Shown one piece after another: positions 26,155 through 32,000 of a stretch of 32,000 nt of DNA. The stretch comes from Thermoflexales bacterium. Lineage in GTDB: Bacteria; Chloroflexota; Anaerolineae; Fen-1058. Position 1 is the stretch's first letter. Every line of letters starts with the position of its first letter. The notes under the pieces are model-generated. The model ran no database searches, had not been told where the DNA came from, and saw only the letters and a list, made by a program, of their open reading frames with translations. The stretch covers positions 45,320 to 77,319 of the forward strand of contig JBGSPW010000227.1 of assembly GCA_041738395.1 (NCBI GenBank), read 5' to 3'. A program made the position numbers and the translations under genes.

Positions 26155-29100
26155 CTATTGAGCCAGCTGGCACGTGGCGTGGTAAACTGCCTGATCGAAA
26201 TAGAGGGACCATTCTTCCTGGGTGAAATTGCGGTTGGCAATCTGACAGACGCGGGTCAGCCAATCTTGCGGGTCCAGGGACCACACAGTCATTTTGCTAA
26301 TCTCAGAGGTATACAGAAACCGGCTGTCGGGGCTGAAGCCCAAGACTGTGACGCTGGAGTCTGGGTTGCGGATGGGCTGGCCGACAGGTTGCCGTTTTTG
26401 AACGTCCCACAAGGTAATCAGACCGACCCCGCAGCCTGAGCCGTTGCCACTATCGCAGCCGACGCTGACCGAATAGCGCCCATCCGGGCTTCTGAGCCAT
26501 GCAACGGTCAGAGTGTTCATCAGCGGATCGGGCTGCCCGCTCTCGATATCCCACCAGATGTCTTGCTGTTTGAGAGACAGGTAGGTGCTAATGCCGATCT
26601 TTTTCCCGTCGGGGCTGAATTCCAGCAGTTTGACACTCCCGTTCGTGGAGCCATCAAACGGCTTGCCGATCGTTTTGCCGGTCTCCATATCGTACATTTC
26701 GATCCGATAAGTCTGGCAGCTTTGAACTCCCTTGATGCATCCGGCGGCAGCCAGGGTTTTCCCGTCCGGACTGAAGGCCAGCGTGATGAACCCCGGGTCG
26801 AGAGTCATCGATATCTGGTGGACAACCTGGCCGATGGCTGGATCCCAGACCAGGAAAGTCCCATGTGGTCCGTCACTGACCATCCAACGGTCATCCGGGC
26901 TGAACTTCAGATTCAGTGCCCACCCGTCGATCATAACCGGCGCGCCAATCGACTGTCGGGTGGCAACGTCCAGGAAATGCATCCGGGTGGATTGGACGTT
27001 GCCGATTAGCTCTGTGTAGACCAGAACCTTACCGGAGTGGCTGAGGAAAATACGGGAAATATCGACATCCGGTGCGGTCATGAAAGGCTGCCCGGCCGGT
27101 TTGTTTTTCTCGACATCCCAAACAACGATATCTTTCGTGGAAGCAGCGACAACAATTGGTTCTTGCGGGGCAGCGGGGTCAAAGCCAACCTGCCAGTAGC
27201 TCCACGGCGAGGGATCGCTGTTGTTGAAAACTTTCGCCACCGGCTGCCAGGAAAACAGGTTCCACAGGTAGATCTGACTTTCTTTGCAGTCCATATAGAG
27301 CCCGGCTACAGCGCATGAGCTGCTGGCTAAGAAACGGCCATCCGGGCTGATGGCCAGCGCATTGACGAATCGGGTTGTTTGGTAAGGCTCCAGAGTGAAG
27401 GCGTCCCTGGAATTCGTAGCGGAGTGAATCGCAAGTGGAGATCCGAAACTAAGGCTGGCCAAAATCTGGTCGCTACCCGACCGGCTGAAGAGCAGGCTGT
27501 CAATCTCTGATTTCTGCGTGTAGGAGGCTGCCTGCTTCCAGTTTGCCACGTTAATGATGTGGACGATCCCCGCCGCCTCCCCAGCAGCCAGCAGCTCGCC
27601 ATCGGCGCTCACGTCGACCGAGACGATCGCGCTGGTTGTGCCTTCAATCGGATGCGCCTGCATGCTTCCATCCGGCAGGTTCCAGGTTTTTACTTCTCCC
27701 TTCTGACAAAAATCCATTTTGGATTTACCAGTTCCTTGGGTTCGCAGGCCGGCACAGTCGCCGGCGTACAGACGGTCACTCTGCGGACTGAAGGCCAGGT
27801 TATGCATCTGCGTTCCCACCCCTTTAAGTGCCACCCCAGGTGGGTTAGCGATGCTCAAATCCCAAAGAACGATTCCTCCCGTGTCGCACAACCCGCCAGG
27901 CATGGAAAACCCATGGCACCCACCACTGGCCATGTATTTCCCGTCCGGGCTGATGGCCACCATTCCGCTGCTGTTGGCGAAAGCCGGCAGAGGAATGGGG
28001 GCCGGCTGGCCTCCTGCAGATAGATCGAAGCGATAAATCCGATCTCCGGCGATGGCAGCAAACAGAGCCGACCCATCCGGGGTAAAAGCCAACCCGGTCG
28101 GCCGGCCTCCGCCGGCAGCCAGGACCCGGCCCATCTGCCCGCTGGCAAAGTCGTAGAAGACGATCTTATTTTGCAGGCAGGCATCATGCTTCTCATCGCG
28201 CTGGGCGCATCCCGCCACCGCAATCCACTTTCCATCCGGCGAAAAGGCCAGTGCAGTGATTTGCTCCGGATAGCGGTCGATGCGTGCCAGTTGAGGACTC
28301 TGCTCCAGTGCCAGGAGCAAACTACTGCGAGCGTGATAGGTATCGGCAGCCAGGTACGATTCGGCAGCCAGGAGCATCGCCAGGTCAAGATGATGAGTCA
28401 ACTGGGTCTGGGACTGGGTCGACAGCTGGCCAGACAGGGCTATCTTCGCCTGGCGTTGAGCCTCGTTGCGCTGTTCCACGGCCAGTGTGCTGGCGGCCTC
28501 GGCGGTAGCCCGCTGGTTGATCGCATTGGCCTCGGCCGTGGCGCGAGTGAATGATTCGGCCACGGCTGTCGAGCGGGCATAGGACTCGGCCAGGGCATTG
28601 GCCTGTGCCAGATTGCTTTGAACCAGGGCGACAATTGCTAGCGCCACAGCAATCACAAATCCGATCGTCACCGCACCGAGCGTGATACGCTGACGCCGGT
28701 CGGCATCCCGACGGCCGGCTAGCAGGTACTGCTTTTGCAGAGTGGTGGGCTGGGGTTCTTTTTGCCCGGTGGCCTGCGCCAGCCAAGTCTCGGCGTCGCG
28801 CAATTCCCGCCCACGCAGCAGAATGCTGGAGTCACCCTGTTTATTTTCCCATTCCAGGGCGCGCACCTGGAGGCGGGTGTGGACTTTCACCCAGGCCAGG
28901 TCGGTCTGAATGGCAGTCAGCAGTTTATCGAAGGGCTGCTGGAAGTCGGATTCTTGCGGTGAAACGTTCTCGCGTGCGGGGAAGAAGATCCAGTTTAGGG
29001 CTGCAATATCGGGCAGCAGTTCTTCAGACTTGATCTCCGGGTGGATAACAATAGGGACTAGCCGCTTGTGGTTATCGATGGCGTGCTGCACCTCTTTGCT

Positions 29101-29313
29101 GCACACTTCTGAGTTCTTGGAATTGTGGCTGACGATATATACAAAAGTATCTGCCGCTTCGATGGCGTGGTAAATCTCGCTGAGCCAATCAGCTGAAGGG
29201 GGGATGTCCTCCCAGTCGATCCAGGTTTCAAGGTTTCTAGCTTTAAGGGCATCGACCAGGATGTGAGCAAAGGCCACATCTTTGCGGGAGTAGGAGATAA
29301 AAACGTCGCTCAT
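26155..29313 (-). CDS. TIR domain / single TM helix / divergent WD40-like beta-propeller repeat protein (about 14 blades), paralog of 22710..26036
   Basis: 1052 aa. The TIR is MSDVFISYSRKDVAFAHIL..NSEVCSKEVQHA (Glu74 codon at 29092-29094). It is about 60/90 identical to the downstream paralog over the first 90 aa by hand alignment. The TM segment is ITLGAVTIGFVIAVALAIVALV (about 28618-28686). The start overlaps the stop of the upstream gene (ATGA at 29310-29313). Confidence 0.9.
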   Translation of the reverse strand: MSDVFISYSRKDVAFAHILVDALKARNLETWIDWEDIPPSADWLSEIYHAIEAADTFVYIVSHNSKNSEVCSKEVQHAIDNHKRLVPIVIHPEIKSEELLPDIAALNWIFFPARENVSPQESDFQQPFDKLLTAIQTDLAWVKVHTRLQVRALEWENKQGDSSILLRGRELRDAETWLAQATGQKEPQPTTLQKQYLLAGRRDADRRQRITLGAVTIGFVIAVALAIVALVQSNLAQANALAESYARSTAVAESFTRATAEANAINQRATAEAASTLAVEQRNEAQRQAKIALSGQLSTQSQTQLTHHLDLAMLLAAESYLAADTYHARSSLLLALEQSPQLARIDRYPEQITALAFSPDGKWIAVAGCAQRDEKHDACLQNKIVFYDFASGQMGRVLAAGGGRPTGLAFTPDGSALFAAIAGDRIYRFDLSAGGQPAPIPLPAFANSSGMVAISPDGKYMASGGCHGFSMPGGLCDTGGIVLWDLSIANPPGVALKGVGTQMHNLAFSPQSDRLYAGDCAGLRTQGTGKSKMDFCQKGEVKTWNLPDGSMQAHPIEGTTSAIVSVDVSADGELLAAGEAAGIVHIINVANWKQAASYTQKSEIDSLLFSRSGSDQILASLSFGSPLAIHSATNSRDAFTLEPYQTTRFVNALAISPDGRFLASSSCAVAGLYMDCKESQIYLWNLFSWQPVAKVFNNSDPSPWSYWQVGFDPAAPQEPIVVAASTKDIVVWDVEKNKPAGQPFMTAPDVDISRIFLSHSGKVLVYTELIGNVQSTRMHFLDVATRQSIGAPVMIDGWALNLKFSPDDRWMVSDGPHGTFLVWDPAIGQVVHQISMTLDPGFITLAFSPDGKTLAAAGCIKGVQSCQTYRIEMYDMETGKTIGKPFDGSTNGSVKLLEFSPDGKKIGISTYLSLKQQDIWWDIESGQPDPLMNTLTVAWLRSPDGRYSVSVGCDSGNGSGCGVGLITLWDVQKRQPVGQPIRNPDSSVTVLGFSPDSRFLYTSEISKMTVWSLDPQDWLTRVCQIANRNFTQEEWSLYFDQAVYHATCQLAQ

Positions 29314-29903
29314 AGGGTAACTTTCTCGCTATTTTGGCGGCGTGGTTTTTCTGCCGGAAAATTCTCGTAGGTCACACTGGCCTGGATTGGCGCCGATGCA
29401 CTCGCCTCCACCACGCTGGGTTGATAGTTTGGGGCATAGACCCAGGCGATCGGCAAGCCCCGCTGACGCGCCTCTAAAACTATTTGCCCGGTGCCGCCCT
29501 GGCCTCTTGGCGGCTGGCCATCCCAAAGCGCAACGAGCACATCCACCTGATCGAGCATGTAACGCCCGGCGAATTCATAGGCCGCAACGCGCGTTGAACT
29601 GACTGGAAGTTCGATTACCCTGTCAGCGCGCGTCAATAGATCCAGGAATTCCAGCCTTGAATCTTTAGAGAAATCGGTCAAATACTCTTCTTTCTTCAAG
29701 GGGAGCGGCACGACCAGGCGGGTCTCGATCACTTCGAAGGCGCGTTGAACAACCAGTCGGTCCGCGCCGTCCGCCAACGAACTGTAGAGGCGGAATGGCC
29801 CGGCGAACCTCGCCTGGATTTTTTCCAGCACATTATCGACCTGGCGAATAAGCCGGTTCAGGTCGTATAAAACGCGGTGGCCTGTCACGCCGATGTTTGT
29901 CAT
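29310..29903 (-). CDS. Stand-alone SLOG-superfamily (DprA/LOG/YpsA-like Rossmannoid) protein
   Basis: 197 aa with GGTGG upstream of the ATG at 29901-29903. SLOG-like motifs are IGVTGHR at the N-terminus, SLADGADRLVVQ (the GxD glycine-rich loop), and VLVALWDGQPPRGQGGTGQIVLEARQRGLPIAWV (comparable to LOG PGGxGT and DUF2493/YspA patterns). That it is coding is secure; the family call rests on motifs only. Confidence 0.6.
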   Translation of the reverse strand: MTNIGVTGHRVLYDLNRLIRQVDNVLEKIQARFAGPFRLYSSLADGADRLVVQRAFEVIETRLVVPLPLKKEEYLTDFSKDSRLEFLDLLTRADRVIELPVSSTRVAAYEFAGRYMLDQVDVLVALWDGQPPRGQGGTGQIVLEARQRGLPIAWVYAPNYQPSVVEASASAPIQASVTYENFPAEKPRRQNSEKVTL

Positions 29904-29970
29904 CCGCCCACCTTACAAGATTTTTTCAGAAGTGCGATTGTATTGGCGCGTATTCGGTCGTCGGTTAGAA

Positions 29971-32000
29971 TTAGCCTTTGTCAGATCTCGCAATGGCGTA
30001 CCCCGCCCTGGCCAGGATCTCCGGGATGCCGCGCACCAGGTCACGGTCCTTCACCTTCTCTTCTTCAGGCAGCTGCTCCCAGGAGACAAGACATGTGTGT
30101 ATCTTTTTGGCCGCATCAGTTTCGGAGGCATAGACCCAGCCGTCATCGAGTTTGGATTGCATCCAACGTTCGTGTTCCGCCTTCGCCAGCGTCTCCATGG
30201 GTTCACCGGGGAAGTTAAAGGGTGGTTCGTTGCTGCGCGCCGGGATCATGATATAGCCGGCCGCCGCCAGTTTGGCCGGGATATCACGCACGTATAGCCG
30301 GTTCTGCTCCTTCAGGAAGTCGGGCAGCTCCGCATACGAGACGAGGGCCATGTGGGTCTTGAGCGCCTCGTCGGTCTTGGAGCCATACTGGTAGCCGCGT
30401 TTTTTCAGCCCCTCGCAAAAAATCGTGTGATTAGCCTCGGCCAGATCTTCGAGCATCTGCCCTTCCAATTCAACTTGCTGGACCAGGGAGAGGAAGCGTT
30501 TGCCGTCCACGTGCAGGTCGAGCTGCGATTCGGACGGCAGGCAGGAGCGCTCAAAGGCGGTCTTGCCGGTTAACTGGCTCATGGCGAACAGCGACTCGAT
30601 CGAACGCGCGCCATGCCTGTATTGCCCAATCTTCAGCAGGGCGCGCAGCACCCCGCGGTCGATGTTGAGCCATTCCTGCCCGCCGCGTTTCTCGAACAGT
30701 TGAGGCGTGCCGCGCTTCAGGCACGATCGTAACAGGATCGCCCGGCGGATGATAAAGTACGGGTCTTCGCTGTTTCCCTTGACCGGGTTGGGCCCCAGGA
30801 CGTTGATGTAACCCTTGAGGCGGCTGACGAAATCGGGCCCTTTGGCCGACTTGAAGTTCTTGTCGATCCCCTTGTCGAATTCCGCCATGCTGCTACTGGT
30901 CCCGCCGGCGAAGACGAAAATCGAGCGACCGATCGGGTGGTTGATCTGGCCTTCCTGGAATTTACCATCCTGCATGGGAGCCAGGAAGTAGCGCAACCAG
31001 CCGAGCGGCATTTCGCCCAGAGAGGTGTCGAACTCATCCCAGAATACCAGCGGGATCTTGCCACTCAGGCCGACGTCGCGCACTTGGTGGAGGGCAGACA
31101 ATAAACCATCGACGGAATCGAACTGGGACAGGTTGAAAGTGATCGGTTCGATCTGGCCGGGCAGGAGGGATTTGGCCATCTCGGTGACACCGAAGGACTT
31201 GCCTGACCCGGGCGTGCCGAACACCGCGATCGAAAGCGGACGCGTCACCTGCTTTTGTCCGGCATACTCGGCGACCAGGTTGCGGATGCTGCGGTAGCTT
31301 TCGATCTCCTGGCGGTCGACCGTCAGCAGGTTGCCGAACTGTCCCCAGGGCACTCCTTGCAGAGCCACTTCCGGTCCTTCCAAGACGACCTGCATGGCGA
31401 CCTGATCCAGCCCTCCCTTAAATTTGTCTTGCAGGATCGTCCAGAAGCCTTCCGTCAGCGGTTTCTCGGCCGGTTCCCCGGTTTGATGGATGAAGCGCAT
31501 CGGATCCTGGATTGGGGCGACTGTGAACTGTTTCGTCGGCTGGGCCAGAGCGGCCGCGACCTTGACGATGGGGAAAACGAGTTTGGCCTGCGAGGCAGGC
31601 GTGCCCCGTTCACCGTAGCCCTCCAAGTGCAGAATTCGCATGGCCGCCAGGCCAGACTGGATCCCAGACTGGATATCGGGCTGATCGGGCGAGACCATCA
31701 GCTGGCGGGCGATTCCGGCCGTCAGGCAGGTGGTGTAGCCGATCATCCTGCCGGGATAGTCCTTCTCCCACATGTGCTCGATGCCTTTCGGATCGAAGAA
31801 TAGAGAACACTGGAAGGTGGGCTGGTCTTTTCCTTCCTGCCGCGACAGGAGGATCGCCCCGGCAGGCCCAAAGGAAATGATCACGTGGGCGCAGTGCGAA
31901 AGCGAGTTGATACACGGGTTATGCACTAGCTCCCAGAAGACGTCCTGAGCGGTGCGTTCCCAGGAGAGTTCCCGGCTGATCTGGACTTCGCTCAAGCGCA
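29971..32000 (-). CDS. AAA+ ATPase with two C-terminal RyR domains and an N-terminal domain of unknown (possibly degenerate PfkB-like) fold; 5' end probably beyond the window
   Basis: The stop is TAA at 29971-29973. Walker A is GTPGSGKS (31195-31218, checked against the DNA). Walker B is IPLVFWDEFD and sensor-1-like is IFVFAGGTS. The two RyR repeats are in the last 161 aa (about 29974-30456): AEANHTIFCEGLKKRGYQYGSKTDEALKTHMALVSYAELPDFLKEQNRLYVRDIPAKLAAAGYIMI and AKAEHERWMQSKLDDGWVYASETDAAKKIHTCLVSWEQLPEEEKVKDRDLVRGIPEILARAGYAIA. The only in-window start candidate is TTG at 31993-31995, and the frame stays open to the edge. Confidence 0.8.
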   Translation of the reverse strand, partial: RLSEVQISRELSWERTAQDVFWELVHNPCINSLSHCAHVIISFGPAGAILLSRQEGKDQPTFQCSLFFDPKGIEHMWEKDYPGRMIGYTTCLTAGIARQLMVSPDQPDIQSGIQSGLAAMRILHLEGYGERGTPASQAKLVFPIVKVAAALAQPTKQFTVAPIQDPMRFIHQTGEPAEKPLTEGFWTILQDKFKGGLDQVAMQVVLEGPEVALQGVPWGQFGNLLTVDRQEIESYRSIRNLVAEYAGQKQVTRPLSIAVFGTPGSGKSFGVTEMAKSLLPGQIEPITFNLSQFDSVDGLLSALHQVRDVGLSGKIPLVFWDEFDTSLGEMPLGWLRYFLAPMQDGKFQEGQINHPIGRSIFVFAGGTSSSMAEFDKGIDKNFKSAKGPDFVSRLKGYINVLGPNPVKGNSEDPYFIIRRAILLRSCLKRGTPQLFEKRGGQEWLNIDRGVLRALLKIGQYRHGARSIESLFAMSQLTGKTAFERSCLPSESQLDLHVDGKRFLSLVQQVELEGQMLEDLAEANHTIFCEGLKKRGYQYGSKTDEALKTHMALVSYAELPDFLKEQNRLYVRDIPAKLAAAGYIMIPARSNEPPFNFPGEPMETLAKAEHERWMQSKLDDGWVYASETDAAKKIHTCLVSWEQLPEEEKVKDRDLVRGIPEILARAGYAIARSDKG

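Noticed and set aside
22710-29313. Classifying the TIR-WD40 proteins as STAND/NLR-like (TIR-NTPase-WD40) or the locus as canonical Thoeris.
   Set aside because: There is no Walker A/B between the TIR and the propellers. Instead there is a helical module and a TM helix. No SIR2, macro or TM effector is fused to the SLOG protein.

Overview
This is a high-GC bacterial chromosomal window with no rRNA, tRNA or CRISPR array that I could see. Protein types and repeat content look Chloroflexota-like, but that is only a weak inference.

Positions 1-19.9 kb are tightly packed core and carbohydrate-turnover genes:
- a secreted alpha/beta-hydrolase lipoprotein fused to YbaY-like domains
- a MalY/PatB-type PLP lyase
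- a GH3 NagZ-like enzyme, a leaderless SBP-fold protein and a tandem-SIS protein, arranged as an apparent operon
- an S9 peptidase, aroE, a GlcG-like protein and a cupin
- a GH13 alpha-glucosidase, an LCP-LysM protein, a rhodanese and a GH1 beta-glucosidase

These genes are interspersed with three families of palindromic intergenic repeats.

From about 19.9 kb the GC content drops visibly and the content becomes accessory, all on the minus strand:
- a 2TM channel-like protein with RCK and RyR domains
- a truncated DDE transposase remnant
- an operon-like array: AAA+ ATPase with two RyR repeats, then a stand-alone SLOG-like protein, then two paralogous TIR / single-TM / WD40-propeller giants

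I propose this TIR/SLOG/RyR cluster as the candidate undescribed nucleotide-signalling or conflict system. The domain calls come from motif recognition by eye, not from searches.

Other notable points:
- an in-frame TGA sits exactly at the catalytic-Cys position of the rhodanese (candidate selenoprotein or pseudogene)
- a 130-bp MITE-like element with perfect 12-bp TIRs and an 8-bp target duplication is inserted in the rhodanese RBS
- CGATCG is strongly over-represented, and less so in the island
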